In this document: positions 8,877-19,459 of the stretch, in pieces | Position numbering within the stretch: position 1 is the first letter of the stretch | Layout: the number at the start of each line of letters is the position of its first letter | NCBI GenBank assembly: GCA_045651805.1 | Contig: JAZRTB010000026.1 | Coordinates: 283 to 64,282, forward strand | Direction: 5' to 3' | Length of the DNA: 64,000 bases | Source: Clostridia bacterium | GTDB lineage: Bacteria > Bacillota > Clostridia > UMGS1883 | Notes under the pieces: generated by a model | What the model saw: only the letters and a program-made list of their open reading frames with translations | Databases searched by the model: none | What the model was told of the DNA's origin: nothing | Made by a program: the position numbers and the translations under genes

Positions 8877-9992
8877 TTATAACAAAGTTCGTTTCGGAAG
8901 AATAAAGGGATGTTCGGGATGACCGATCAGGCGCTTATCCTGACGGAGCGTACATTCCTTATCGATGATTACATTTTCAATTTCGCAGTTTTCCTCAACT
9001 ACGCTGTTCTGCATAACGATGCTGTTTTTAATAACCGCACCCTTTGCAATATGAACACCTCTTGAAACGATACTGTTAATGACCGTACCCTCAACTACAC
9101 ATCCGTCAGCAATAAGAGAATCCTCTACCGTTGAATCTTTTCCGTACTGTGTAGGCACCTGGTCCTTTACCTTTGTATAAATACGGTTTTCCCCGTGGAA
9201 AAGCTCACGCCTTACATCATCTGAAAGAAGCTTCATACTGTTTTCATAGTAACTGTCGACAGAATCAATTTTTCCTACGAAGCCTTTATATTCATAGCCG
9301 TAAATCTTTGAGTTTTCAAGCTTTTCAAGAAGAATATCACGGATAAAGTCGTGACTGCCCCTTGAATAAGCGTCGTCAATCATTTCTATAAGCTTAAGAC
9401 GGTCGATAATATACATATCCATACTTTCATAAGTTGAACGCGGAAAATGAGGCTCAATCTCAATACCCGTAATTCTGCCGTCCTCTGCCACATCATACAC
9501 AACGCCTCTTGAAAGCTGTGAATCTGCCACGCCCTTATCGTGGTAGATAACCGTAATATCGGCATCCTTTTCCACGTGGGACATAAGTGCATCGTCAAAA
9601 GTCATATTGCAAACTATCCTTCCCGATGCGAGGAGAACATACTGCTGACGGCTACGTCTCAAAAATGTGAGTATGCCGTAAAGCTGGTCAATATTACCTG
9701 CACGGACACTTCCGCTGCCTCTTACATAAGGAGGAAGCATAAAAAGTCCGTAAATTTTACGGTTCAGATCCCAGGGGGCACCGCTTCCCAGATGGTCCAT
9801 AAGAGAAGAATAGTTGATATTCGTGGCAACACCTACATTGATGATACCCGAGTTTACCATATTTGAAAGAATAAAGTCAACAAGTCTGTACCTTCCGCCA
9901 AAAGGAAGTGCCGAAGCAGAACGCATCTCTGTAAGTTCATTAAGGCTCAGTTTTGAATCGTCTGCCATAACAATACCCATCATATCACGCAT
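8877..9992 (-). CDS. glgD: glucose-1-phosphate adenylyltransferase, GlgD (regulatory) subunit
   Basis: 371 aa, paralogous to GlgC (nucleotidyl-transferase domain plus left-handed beta-helix) but lacking the GGxGxRL motif. Its position follows glgC as in Firmicutes glg operons. Confidence 0.88.
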   Translation of the reverse strand: MRDMMGIVMADDSKLSLNELTEMRSASALPFGGRYRLVDFILSNMVNSGIINVGVATNINYSSLMDHLGSGAPWDLNRKIYGLFMLPPYVRGSGSVRAGNIDQLYGILTFLRRSRQQYVLLASGRIVCNMTFDDALMSHVEKDADITVIYHDKGVADSQLSRGVVYDVAEDGRITGIEIEPHFPRSTYESMDMYIIDRLKLIEMIDDAYSRGSHDFIRDILLEKLENSKIYGYEYKGFVGKIDSVDSYYENSMKLLSDDVRRELFHGENRIYTKVKDQVPTQYGKDSTVEDSLIADGCVVEGTVINSIVSRGVHIAKGAVIKNSIVMQNSVVEENCEIENVIIDKECTLRQDKRLIGHPEHPFILPKRTLL

Positions 9993-9993
9993 A

Positions 9994-11220
9994 TTACTCC
10001 CCCTCCTTTACAGAGCTTTCAAGAATCAATGAATTTTTGCCTGCTTTAAATCCGTTTTCTACTTCAATTCCGCCACCAACAAGAGAAATTCCTCCGGAGC
10101 AGAACTTACTGTCAAAATTAAAGCTTTCGGCATTATCATCGCCGATAACTGCATTTTCGCCCACAATGGTGCTTTCACCGACTACGGCTTTTTTTACTAC
10201 GGCATTTTCCTTGATAACCGTTCCCGGGAACACTATTGAATCCTCTACCACAGCACCCTTTTCAACGGTTACACCTTCAAAAAGTATACTGTGCTTAACC
10301 GTACCGTAAACATTACAGCCTTCTGTTACACAGCAGTTACTTACAGTCGCACCTTTTGCAATAAAGTGAGGAGGTTTAACGGGATTTCTTGAATAAATTC
10401 TCCACGCAGGATCGCGGAGCTCAAATGCCGGTGGCTCTGCAAGAAGGTCCATATTCGCCTCCCACAGGCTCTGGATTGTACCTACATCCTTCCAGTATCC
10501 GTCAAAGGCGTAAGCACACATATTCTCACCGTTACCCAGCATTGTCGGAATAATATTTTTGCCGAAATCGTTATCACTTTCAGGATTTTTTTCATCATTC
10601 TGAAGATATTTTTTAAGAACATCCCAGGTAAATACATAAACACCCATAGATGCAAGGTTACTCTTGGGTTCTGCAGGTTTTTCTGCAAATTCTACTATTT
10701 TTCCGTCATCATCGGCAGTCATAATACCGAATCTGCTCGCCTCTTCCCAGGGAACTTCAATAACGGCAATCGTTGCATCTGCATTCTTTTCCTTGTGGAA
10801 CTTAATCATCTTTGAGTAGTCCATTTTATAAATATGGTCCCCCGAAAGAATCACAACATATTTGGGGTCAAATTTGTCCACAAATTCTATATTCTGAAAA
10901 ATGGCATTTGCAGTACCCTTGTACCATTCTCCCTTTTCCGCACTCTGGTAAGGAGGGAGAACGTATACCCCACCCGAATTACGGTTAAGGTCCCAGGGTC
11001 CACCGCTTCCGATATAGGTGTTAAGTTCAAGGGGCTGATACTGTGTCAGCACACCAACCGTATAAATTCCCGAATGGATACAGTTACTGAGAGTGAAATC
11101 TATAATTCTGTATTTTCCCCCGAATGGCACGGCAGGCTTTGCCACAGTTTTGGTAAGTACACCGAGTCTGCTTCCCTGACCGCCTGCAAGAATCATTGCA
11201 AGACTTTCTGCTTTTTTCAT
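9994..11220 (-). CDS. glgC: glucose-1-phosphate adenylyltransferase
   Basis: 408 aa with LAGGQGSRL near the N-terminus and a hexapeptide-repeat C-terminus. Confidence 0.93.
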   Translation of the reverse strand: MKKAESLAMILAGGQGSRLGVLTKTVAKPAVPFGGKYRIIDFTLSNCIHSGIYTVGVLTQYQPLELNTYIGSGGPWDLNRNSGGVYVLPPYQSAEKGEWYKGTANAIFQNIEFVDKFDPKYVVILSGDHIYKMDYSKMIKFHKEKNADATIAVIEVPWEEASRFGIMTADDDGKIVEFAEKPAEPKSNLASMGVYVFTWDVLKKYLQNDEKNPESDNDFGKNIIPTMLGNGENMCAYAFDGYWKDVGTIQSLWEANMDLLAEPPAFELRDPAWRIYSRNPVKPPHFIAKGATVSNCCVTEGCNVYGTVKHSILFEGVTVEKGAVVEDSIVFPGTVIKENAVVKKAVVGESTIVGENAVIGDDNAESFNFDSKFCSGGISLVGGGIEVENGFKAGKNSLILESSVKEGE

Positions 11221-13115
11221 TTTTTCTCCTCCTTATTTTCTTTTTTCTTTGTTCTTTTAAGGTATATCGCACTCATAGGTTCAATGTCCGTTTCTATAGA
11301 ATACGGCATTGACAAAAACGGTTTCTTTTTAGCTTTTACCGAAATTTCTTCTGTGATATTGCTTGAAAAAGCAACACGGTATGTCCCTGCTTTGGGAACG
11401 CCTATCACATATTTATCGTATTTAACCGGGGTGAAATTGCAGACCACTACAACTTCATCACTTGATTTTTTCCCTTTTCTTACAAAGCTCAGAACACTTC
11501 TGTCACTATCGTCGGCATTTATCCAGCTGAAGCCGTCCCAACTGTCATCAATCTCCCACAAGGCTTTGTTTTCTTTATAAAATTTATTCAGTTCTTTCAC
11601 GAACTCTTGGAACTGCCGATGTTTTTCAAATTCAAGAAGTTTCCACTCAATTTGTTCGTAATAACGCCACTCAATGAACTGTGCAATCTCGCCACCCATA
11701 AAAAGAAGCTTTTTTCCGGGGTGTGCCATCATATACATAAAGAAAGTTTTGAGCGAATCAAACTTCTGCCCGTAAAGACCCGACATTTTCTGAATAAGCG
11801 AGCACTTTCCATGAACAACCTCATCATGAGAAAGAGGAAGCACATAATTTTCATTGAACGCATACATCATTGAAAAAGTCAGGAGGTTATGGTTGTTTTT
11901 GCGGAAATACGGGTCCATAGCCATATAGCGGAGCATATCGTTCATCCAGCCCATATTCCATTTGAAATTAAATCCCAGCCCTCCTGCCGAAACAGGTCTT
12001 GTTACACCATCCCATGCGGTAGCTTCCTCCGCAATCATAAGAATGTTGGGATGTTTTTCAAACACTTTGGTGTTAAGTTTTTTTATAAACTCTATTGCTT
12101 CAAGATTTTCTCTGCCACCGTATTTGTTGGCAATATATTCATCCCTGCAATAATCAAGGTAAAGCATACTTGACACGGCATCCACACGAATTCCGTCTAT
12201 GTGGAAAATGTCAAGCCAGTAAAAAGCACCCGACATAAGAAAAGAAACAACTTCTCCCCTGCCGTAGTCAAAAACATAAGTTCCCCATTCTTTGTGCTCG
12301 CCTTTTCTCGGGTCTGCATACTCATAAAGCGGTGTTCCGTCGAAACGTGCAAGTCCGTGAGCATCCTTCGGAAAGTGCCCTGGCACCCAATCCATAATTA
12401 CACTTATGCCCTTTTCGTGACACTTATTCACAAAATACATAAAATCCTTGGGCGTTCCATACCTGCTTGTAGCGGCAAAATATCCCGTCACCTGATATCC
12501 CCAACTACCGTCAAAGGGATGCTCTGTCACGGGCATAAGCTCCACATGAGTGTAGTTCATTTCGCAAAGATACTCTGTAAGCTCATCTGCAATTTCACGA
12601 TAGGTATAGTAGCTTCCGTCCCCGTGCGTACGCCAGCTTCCGAGATGCATTTCGTAAACAAGCATAGGTTTATTATAAGGAGGTGTTTTTCTGCGACGGT
12701 CAAGCCACTTTTTGTCCGTCCACGAAAATCCCTCTGTATCATAAATGACAGATGCCGTTTCAGGAGGCAGTTGTGCATATCTTGCATAAGGGTCCGCCTT
12801 ATAGATAGTCTGCCCGTCCTTACAAGTTATAAAATACTTGTAGCACTGTCCCTCTTTTACATTCTTTATAAACACGTGCCACACGCCCGTGTTTTCCTGC
12901 GGATTCATCGGGTGCGCTTCGGTATCCCATCCGTTAAAATCACCGACTACGCTCACCTTTTTTGCATTCGGTGCCCAAAGGGTAAAGCTATAGCCTCTGT
13001 CATTTCCGTACGCGGCAGGTATCGCACCCATAAATTCATAGCTGCGATAATTTTTGCCGTTCAGGAATTTATTGAGTTGAGAGGTATTTATAAAAGGGTT
13101 GCTATTGTGTGACAT
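11217..13115 (-). CDS. glgB: 1,4-alpha-glucan branching enzyme (GH13)
   Basis: 632 aa with GH13 catalytic regions ([18 protein letters not shown]). Its stop overlaps the glgC start. Confidence 0.93.
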   Translation of the reverse strand: MSHNSNPFINTSQLNKFLNGKNYRSYEFMGAIPAAYGNDRGYSFTLWAPNAKKVSVVGDFNGWDTEAHPMNPQENTGVWHVFIKNVKEGQCYKYFITCKDGQTIYKADPYARYAQLPPETASVIYDTEGFSWTDKKWLDRRRKTPPYNKPMLVYEMHLGSWRTHGDGSYYTYREIADELTEYLCEMNYTHVELMPVTEHPFDGSWGYQVTGYFAATSRYGTPKDFMYFVNKCHEKGISVIMDWVPGHFPKDAHGLARFDGTPLYEYADPRKGEHKEWGTYVFDYGRGEVVSFLMSGAFYWLDIFHIDGIRVDAVSSMLYLDYCRDEYIANKYGGRENLEAIEFIKKLNTKVFEKHPNILMIAEEATAWDGVTRPVSAGGLGFNFKWNMGWMNDMLRYMAMDPYFRKNNHNLLTFSMMYAFNENYVLPLSHDEVVHGKCSLIQKMSGLYGQKFDSLKTFFMYMMAHPGKKLLFMGGEIAQFIEWRYYEQIEWKLLEFEKHRQFQEFVKELNKFYKENKALWEIDDSWDGFSWINADDSDRSVLSFVRKGKKSSDEVVVVCNFTPVKYDKYVIGVPKAGTYRVAFSSNITEEISVKAKKKPFLSMPYSIETDIEPMSAIYLKRTKKKENKEEKK

Positions 13116-13135
13116 AAACCCGTCCTCCCCAATGT

Positions 13136-13768
13136 TTATTCTTCCGCCATTTTTTCTCTTAAATGATTTGACAAGAGTGCAAGCGATGACGCCATATTCT
13201 CGTTCTGCACAAGAATATCCTCAGGTGCTTTAAGATATGTTGGCGCGAAATTCCATATTGCCTTAATACCGCTTTTAACAAGAAGATCGCATACTTTCTG
13301 TGCCGCACTTTCGGGAACCGTGATAATACCGATTTTTACATTATATTCACGACAAATCTCCCCAAGACGTGAAATTTCAAAAACTCTTTTCCCGTCAGCA
13401 AGAGAACTGTCGGAATCAAACGCCGCAACAATATTTATGCCATAATTTTCAAATCCGCGGTAGCTCATAAGCGCCATACCAAGATTACCTGCACCGATAA
13501 GTACGGCAACCTTGCCGCTTTCATAGCCGAGATAATCGGAAATTCCGCCTATAAGGTCTGCAATAAGAAAGCCTCTTTTGGGAATACCCGTACTTTTACA
13601 TACTGCACCAAGGTCTTTTCTTACCTGCACCTCATTAAGACCCAACGCCTTTGCAACAGCGGCGGAGGATATATACTCTATCTCTCCGTTATTTATTGAT
13701 TTAAGATACGACATATAAACAGGAAGCCTTTTAAGAGCCTGCCTGGATAAAATTTTATAAGATTTCAT
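13136..13768 (-). CDS. rex: redox-sensing transcriptional repressor Rex
   Basis: Start taken at MKSYKILSRQALKRLPVYMSYL with an AAGG RBS upstream. The protein has a winged-helix N-terminus and a Rossmann fold (LIGAGNLG). Confidence 0.88.
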   Translation of the reverse strand: MKSYKILSRQALKRLPVYMSYLKSINNGEIEYISSAAVAKALGLNEVQVRKDLGAVCKSTGIPKRGFLIADLIGGISDYLGYESGKVAVLIGAGNLGMALMSYRGFENYGINIVAAFDSDSSLADGKRVFEISRLGEICREYNVKIGIITVPESAAQKVCDLLVKSGIKAIWNFAPTYLKAPEDILVQNENMASSLALLSNHLREKMAEE

Positions 13769-13813
13769 TGTATTTACCTTTAAGATACTAAATAAATTTC
13801 CCCTACAAAAGAA

Positions 13814-13845
13814 GGGTGTAAAAAAACCTGGTTTTTTTACACCCC
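13814..13845 (-). terminator. Hairpin terminator after fba
   Basis: On the minus strand GGGTGTAAAAAAACC/GGTTTTTTTACACCC is followed by TTCTTTT. Confidence 0.5.
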
Positions 13846-13853
13846 GCAATACA

Positions 13854-14717
13854 TTACGCCTTGCCTACTGAACCGAAAAGTTCCATCTTTTCTCTTACTG
13901 TTTCCTTGATTGCTTCAGCACCGGGAGCAAGAATTTTTCTGGGGTCGAAGCCCTTGCCAACAAGGTCCTTACCCTCTTCAATATATTTTCTTGTTGCTGC
14001 AGCAAATGAGAGCTGACACTCTGTATTTACGTTGATTTTTGCAACGCCGAGAGAAATAGCTTTCTTAATCATATCTGCAGGAATACCTGTACCGCCGTGA
14101 AGAACAAGGGGGATGTTGCCTGATGCGTCCTTAATCTTTGCAAGAGCGTCAAAATCAAGGCCCTTCCAGTTTTCGGGATATTTACCGTGAATGTTGCCGA
14201 TACCTGCAGCAAGCATTGTTACACCAAGAGAAGCGATAGCCTTACATTCTTCGGGGTCTGCAATGTCACCACTACCGATAACGCCGTCTTCCTCGCCGCC
14301 GATTGCACCAACTTCTGCTTCAAGGCTGAGACCCTTTTCATTACAGATGTTGATAAGCTCTGTTGTCTTCTGGATATTTTCCTCAATGGGATAATGTGAA
14401 CCGTCGAACATTACAGATGAGAAGCCTGCATCGATACACTTAAGAGCTGCATCGTAGCTGCCGTGATCAAGATGGATTGCAACGGGAACTGTAATTCCGA
14501 GACCCTCAATCATACCCTTAACCATACCTACAACTGTCTTGTAGCCTGCCATGTACTTACCTGCACCTTCACTCACACCGAGAATTACGGGAGAGTTAAG
14601 CTCCTGCGCTGTCTGAAGAATAGACTTTGTCCATTCAAGATTGTTTATGTTGAACTGACCAACGGCATAATGACCGTCACGAGCTTTTTCAAGCATTTCC
14701 TTTGCTGATACCAACAT
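13854..14717 (-). CDS. fba: class II fructose-1,6-bisphosphate aldolase
   Basis: 287 aa with the VAIHLDHGS metal-binding motif and an MLVSAKEMLEKA N-terminus. Confidence 0.92.
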   Translation of the reverse strand: MLVSAKEMLEKARDGHYAVGQFNINNLEWTKSILQTAQELNSPVILGVSEGAGKYMAGYKTVVGMVKGMIEGLGITVPVAIHLDHGSYDAALKCIDAGFSSVMFDGSHYPIEENIQKTTELINICNEKGLSLEAEVGAIGGEEDGVIGSGDIADPEECKAIASLGVTMLAAGIGNIHGKYPENWKGLDFDALAKIKDASGNIPLVLHGGTGIPADMIKKAISLGVAKINVNTECQLSFAAATRKYIEEGKDLVGKGFDPRKILAPGAEAIKETVREKMELFGSVGKA

Positions 14718-14798
14718 TTAAAACACTACCTTTCATTACTAATATTTATACTGCATATATTATCGCATAAAATAACAAATAAATCAATATATATTTGT

Positions 14799-15854
14799 AT
14801 GAAAAGAGGTGATTTTTTGAAAAAAAACCTGTCTTTTTTTCTTAATCTTCGATTTATGCGTATTCCGCTTATCCTGAGTGTGATTTTATGCGTTATTTCA
14901 TCTACTGTTATTCTGTCTTTAAATGCTCCTCCTATTCCCTTGAGCCACGATTTTTCCAACGCGGTTATCGCTTTGGGAAATCTCCCGAAAAAAGACATTC
15001 GCCGCATAGGACATTTTTCATTTACAGAGAAAATCGTGCCGGCAGGTATTAACACTCCTCGCACAGAAAAGCTTTCCGCAGTTGTCTCTACGGAAAACAT
15101 CTCCACCCGGACAACTGCACCGCTTTCTTCCCCCGATGAGATCAAAGTGTCAAATTCAACGGATTACAAGCTTGACATATCTGATTATCTTGCCATACCG
15201 CCATTTATGAAAGAAAATTTCTCGGTACTGATAGTACATACTCACACTACGGAAAGCTATACTCCGTCGGAAAAGTACAACTACACTCCCACCGACACAG
15301 ACAGAACAAGGGATAAGGACTTTAACGTAGTCCGTATCGGCAAAGCGGTGGAAGAAGTACTTTCAAAAAACGGAATCAAGGTATACCACGATACGACCAT
15401 CAATGACTATCCGAGCTACAACGGAAGCTATAACAGAAGCAGTACAAATGTGCAGAATGCCCTGAAAAACGACCCGTCAATCAAAATAGTTCTTGATATT
15501 CACCGTGATGCCATTGAAGGAGCAAACGGTGAAAAGGTCAAATATAACTGCACAATTGACGGCAAGCCTGCCGCTTCCGTAATGCTTGTGGCAGGAAGCA
15601 ATTTAAGCGGTCTCTCGCACAATGACTGGGAAACGAATATGCAGTTTGCCGCAACACTTCAAAGCCATATAAACACGCTATATCCCGGCCTTATGCGCCC
15701 GATAAACTTCCGTAGTCAGAGGTTTAATCAGCACCTTGCCCCCGGTGCAATAATTGTGGAGGTAGGTACTAACGGCAATACACTTGAAGAAGCACTTCTC
15801 GGAGCACAGAGCTTTGCAAAAGGGTTGGCAGATTATATCACGAAGAATAAATAA
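14799..15854 (+). CDS. spoIIP: stage II sporulation protein P
   Basis: 351 aa with an N-terminal TM segment and an amidase-like domain (LIVHTHTTESY, DIHRDA). The true start may be TTG at 14817, which sits behind an AGAGGTG RBS. Confidence 0.85.
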   Translation: MKRGDFLKKNLSFFLNLRFMRIPLILSVILCVISSTVILSLNAPPIPLSHDFSNAVIALGNLPKKDIRRIGHFSFTEKIVPAGINTPRTEKLSAVVSTENISTRTTAPLSSPDEIKVSNSTDYKLDISDYLAIPPFMKENFSVLIVHTHTTESYTPSEKYNYTPTDTDRTRDKDFNVVRIGKAVEEVLSKNGIKVYHDTTINDYPSYNGSYNRSSTNVQNALKNDPSIKIVLDIHRDAIEGANGEKVKYNCTIDGKPAASVMLVAGSNLSGLSHNDWETNMQFAATLQSHINTLYPGLMRPINFRSQRFNQHLAPGAIIVEVGTNGNTLEEALLGAQSFAKGLADYITKNK

Positions 15855-15877
15855 AAGCGGTGTGAACACCGCTTTTA
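15853..15877. terminator. Bidirectional terminator between spoIIP and nifU
   Basis: AAAAGCGGTG-TGAA-CACCGCTTTT with A/T runs on both sides. Confidence 0.7.
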
Positions 15878-15878
15878 T

Positions 15879-16301
15879 TTATTCTTCGTGACCGTGACAT
15901 CCACAGCCACCACTACATTCGATTTTCTTATCTATACCGTTTTTATCGTAGTAATCCTGAATAGCCGCCTTGATAGCTTCTTCCGCGAGAACGCTGCAAT
16001 GAATCTTTGCAGGCGGAAGCCCTTCAAGAGCTTCTACAACGGCAGAATTTGTAAGTTTGAGAGCCTCTTCAACCGTCTTACCCTTAACAAGCTCTGTCGC
16101 CATTGAGCTTGTAGCAACTGCCGCACCGCATCCGAATGTTTTAAAGCTTACATCAACAATAACGTCGTTTTCAATCTTAAGATACATTTTCATAATATCT
16201 CCGCACTTGGCTTTACCGACAGTACCAACAGCATTAGCACCTTCAAGCTCGCCCACATTACGGGGATTTGTGAAATGATCCATAACCTTTTCACTGTACA
16301 T
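15879..16301 (-). CDS. nifU: Fe-S cluster assembly scaffold protein (NifU/IscU type)
   Basis: MYSEKVMDHFTNPRNVGE N-terminus with the three scaffold Cys residues (KCGD, FGCGAA, HCSVL). The ATG at 16301 lies 9 nt behind an AAGGA RBS. Confidence 0.9.
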   Translation of the reverse strand: MYSEKVMDHFTNPRNVGELEGANAVGTVGKAKCGDIMKMYLKIENDVIVDVSFKTFGCGAAVATSSMATELVKGKTVEEALKLTNSAVVEALEGLPPAKIHCSVLAEEAIKAAIQDYYDKNGIDKKIECSGGCGCHGHEE

Positions 16302-16328
16302 ATATTTCAATCCTTTCCGGTTTTATCC

Positions 16329-17489
16329 TTAATTTTCTACACCCTCATACAAAGGAGACATATCACGAAGTCTCTGTACAATAGGCGCAAGCTCCTTTAT
16401 GAAAGCATCAACCTCTTCTTCTGTATTGAATTCCGAAAGACTTACACGCATAGAGCCGTGAGCCGTTTCGTGAGGAAGACCGATTCCGAGAAGCACGTGT
16501 GAGGGGTCAAGCGAGCCTGATGTACAGGCAGAGCCACTCGATACAACATACCCCTTGAGGTCAAGACTTAAAAGAAGACTTTCACCCTCAATATACTTAA
16601 AGCAGAAGCTTGTGTTGTTTGGAAGACGCTGTTCTCTGTGACCGTTAAGACGGGTATAGGGAACTTTTTCAAGAACTTCGTTTATAAGCTTTTCACGAAG
16701 CTTTATAATCTTCTCTGTTTTTTCTGCCATATTGTCAACTGCATCCTTAAGAGCAGTTGCCATACCAACTATACCTGCAACATTTTCTGTTGTTGCACGT
16801 CTGCCCTTTTCCTGGGCACCGCCGTGAAGAAGATTTTCAATCTTCACGCCTTTTCTGATGTAAAGAGCACCTACGCCCTTGGGACCGTGGAACTTGTGAC
16901 CTGACATTGAAAGAAGGTCAATATTCATTTCCTTAACATCAATAGCCACCGCACCTGTTGCCTGAACGGCATCGGTATGGAAATACACACCTTTTTCTCT
17001 GCAAAGCTGACCGATTTCCTTAATGGGATTGATTGTACCAATCTCATTATTGGCAAACATTACAGAAACAAGGAATGTATCATCGGTAATGGCATTTTCA
17101 ATATCCTTGACACTTACCATGCCGAACTCGTCCACAGGAACGTATGTCACACTATATCCCTGCTTTTCAAGATATTCGCAGGTATGAAGCACCGCATGAT
17201 GCTCAATAGTTGTTGTAATTATATGTTTCTTGGCAGACTTTGCCGCTGTGCCTTTTATAGCCCAGTTGTCCGCCTCGCTACCGCCGCTTGTAAAGAAAAT
17301 TTCGTTATCATCTGCCCCGATGGCTTTCGCAACTGTAGCACGGGCTTCACCGAGAGCTTTCCTCGCCGCCTGTCCGGGAGTAGTATAGACAGATGATGCA
17401 TTCCCGAAGGTTTCTGTAAAAAACGGAAGCATTGCCTCTACAACGCAATCTTTCATTTTTGTTGTAGCCGCATTATCAAAATATACCAT
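16329..17489 (-). CDS. nifS: cysteine desulfurase NifS
   Basis: [10 protein letters not shown] start behind an AAGGA RBS, PLP lysine motif [10 protein letters not shown] and active-site SSGSACTSG. Confidence 0.92.
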   Translation of the reverse strand: MVYFDNAATTKMKDCVVEAMLPFFTETFGNASSVYTTPGQAARKALGEARATVAKAIGADDNEIFFTSGGSEADNWAIKGTAAKSAKKHIITTTIEHHAVLHTCEYLEKQGYSVTYVPVDEFGMVSVKDIENAITDDTFLVSVMFANNEIGTINPIKEIGQLCREKGVYFHTDAVQATGAVAIDVKEMNIDLLSMSGHKFHGPKGVGALYIRKGVKIENLLHGGAQEKGRRATTENVAGIVGMATALKDAVDNMAEKTEKIIKLREKLINEVLEKVPYTRLNGHREQRLPNNTSFCFKYIEGESLLLSLDLKGYVVSSGSACTSGSLDPSHVLLGIGLPHETAHGSMRVSLSEFNTEEEVDAFIKELAPIVQRLRDMSPLYEGVEN

Positions 17490-17577
17490 AAAGGTCGTCC
17501 TTTCTAAAAACACTCAAATTATAGTATATTACTATTTTACCGAAAATGCAAGTAAGATTTAACAATTTCGGCATTTT

Positions 17578-18195
17578 CTACAATTCAAATTCACATTTTA
17601 CGACTTTTCCTATCACTTTGAGGCTTTTACTGTACTCTTTTACGCGTACATCGGTGTACAAATCAGAATCATTTTCCGCTTTCAGAATAACTTCATCCTT
17701 GATTTTACAGTAAGTTCTGACAACGGCATCCTCACACCCTTCATAAAAAGCAACGACAATATCGTTATTCTTCACGGGAGAATCTACCTTCACAATAACA
17801 ACATCACCCGACAGAAGTCGCCTGTTCACCATAGAGTTATCCTTCAGCTTAAGACCGAAATATTCATATCCGCGAAGCTTGTCACGATCGATGTAAACAC
17901 TACCGATAATTCTGTCATATTCAACGAAGGGCTTTGCGGGGTCAATGGAATCCACGATATACACCATTCTTGCACGCTCCGCAATATCAAGAGGGGTGTT
18001 GCCCAGAAGTCCGTCAATAGTAGTATCAAAAATTTCCGCCAGTTTTCCAAGCAGTCCACTGTTGGGAGAGGTCAGATAGCCGGTTTCAAGATTGTTTATC
18101 GTAGTTGCCCCGACACCAAGCCTTGTTGCAAGTTGCTCCGCCGTAATTCCGATTCGTTTCCGCAATAGCATAATGTTAACCGCAAGCAAGCCCAT
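17578..18195 (-). CDS. XRE-family HTH plus peptidase-S24 (LexA/CI-like) repressor
   Basis: 205 aa. N-terminal HTH (LRKRIGITAEQLATRLGVGATTINNLETG) and a C-terminal S24-like fold with DNSM (Ser nucleophile context) and a distal Lys. Confidence 0.7.
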   Translation of the reverse strand: MGLLAVNIMLLRKRIGITAEQLATRLGVGATTINNLETGYLTSPNSGLLGKLAEIFDTTIDGLLGNTPLDIAERARMVYIVDSIDPAKPFVEYDRIIGSVYIDRDKLRGYEYFGLKLKDNSMVNRRLLSGDVVIVKVDSPVKNNDIVVAFYEGCEDAVVRTYCKIKDEVILKAENDSDLYTDVRVKEYSKSLKVIGKVVKCEFEL

Positions 18196-18265
18196 AATTA
18201 CACTTCCTTAACTTTGTCTTCAAGAACGCATTATAACACAATATTGTGCATTTCTCAACAGTTTT

Positions 18266-19168
18266 TTAAAAAAGTGCGTTGTTTATTCCTTCGGCAATAA
18301 TTGTAGAGGCTTGTTCTGAAATGACATCCACATCATTAGGCGTAACAACCATATTTTTATTATTTTCCGAAAGCACTTTTGATGCAAGATCGTGAGCATC
18401 CGTAAAAAGTGCCGCAATCTGAATATCTCCCGCCCCTTTTATATGAGAGCGGACCGAGTCAACTGCATCTGCCACCACCGTAGCCGCGTCCACAACCATA
18501 GGAATACCTACAGCAATTACAGGGACTCCCAATGTTTTTTCCGTAAGCTCACTTCTGTTATTTCCCACGCCGCTTCCCGGGCTTATTCCCGTATCGGAAA
18601 TCTGTACTGTCGTACCGAGTCTGCTGAGGCTTCTTGAAGCAAGAGCGTCAACAGCAATTATGACTGAAGGTTTTATTCTTTCCGCAACTCCGAGGATGAT
18701 TTCCTTTGTTTCTATGCCCGTAAGTCCGAGAACTCCCGGCGCGATAGCGCTAACCGGGCGAACGTCAAAATCAAGGTTTCCACCGGCATCTTTTGTAATA
18801 TGACGAGTTACCAGAAGCTTATTAAGGGTCTTTGGTCCGATTGAATCGGGGGTAATATACTGATTACCGAGACACGCAATAAGAACAGACCCTTCGGGAG
18901 AGATGCTTTTTATCATCTTTTTCAGTTCATCCCCTACGGCTTTGGCTCCTCTTATACAAAGGTCTTCGTTTTCTGTTTCCAGGCTTGTAATTTCAATTGT
19001 TACATAATTTCCCATAGGTCTGCCGATTTTTTGTGCACCATCGGAAGTAGTTATTTCAACGTGCGTTACTGTAATGCCGTCAGTATCTTGTTTTCTGCTT
19101 TCCACTCCGCTTATTTCCCCTGCAAACATTTCGCGTGTTTCAATTACAAGGTCAGTACGTACCGCCAT
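18266..19168 (-). CDS. gpr: GPR endopeptidase (spore germination protease)
   Basis: 300 aa. The MAVRTDLVIE...GIPMVVDAAT pattern is typical of germination protease. Confidence 0.85.
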   Translation of the reverse strand: MAVRTDLVIETREMFAGEISGVESRKQDTDGITVTHVEITTSDGAQKIGRPMGNYVTIEITSLETENEDLCIRGAKAVGDELKKMIKSISPEGSVLIACLGNQYITPDSIGPKTLNKLLVTRHITKDAGGNLDFDVRPVSAIAPGVLGLTGIETKEIILGVAERIKPSVIIAVDALASRSLSRLGTTVQISDTGISPGSGVGNNRSELTEKTLGVPVIAVGIPMVVDAATVVADAVDSVRSHIKGAGDIQIAALFTDAHDLASKVLSENNKNMVVTPNDVDVISEQASTIIAEGINNALF

Positions 19169-19172
19169 ACAA

Positions 19173-19349
19173 TCACTCCTCTTCTTTCTTTACCGCAGAA
19201 TCTGTTATTTCATCAGTAATAGCATCATTTTCTTCCGTATCTTTAATGGCATCAAGGAACGCCTGTCTCATTATAAGAAGGCTCATTCCGTCTTTATCCG
19301 TCGTTGCTTCATTGACATTTGTTCCGTCAAGGGGAATATCTATATTCAT
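19173..19349 (-). CDS. small acidic hypothetical protein (58 aa)
   Basis: An AAAGGTG RBS lies 8 nt before the ATG (MNIDIPLDG...) and the stop is 4 nt before the gpr start. No recognisable family. Confidence 0.45.
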   Translation of the reverse strand: MNIDIPLDGTNVNEATTDKDGMSLLIMRQAFLDAIKDTEENDAITDEITDSAVKKEEE

Positions 19350-19379
19350 AACTATCACCTTTCATATTTTTTTGCATAT

Positions 19380-19410
19380 AAAAAAGGTTGTCCGAAGACA
19401 ACCTTTTTTA
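19380..19410 (-). terminator. Intrinsic terminator (UUCG loop) downstream of element copy D
   Basis: On the minus strand AAAAAAGGTTGTC-TTCG-GACAACCTTTTTT. Confidence 0.75.
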
Positions 19411-19459
19411 TTCGTTTTATTAAAAACAGCTAATTGGGCATTTTTAACATTCCAATCAT

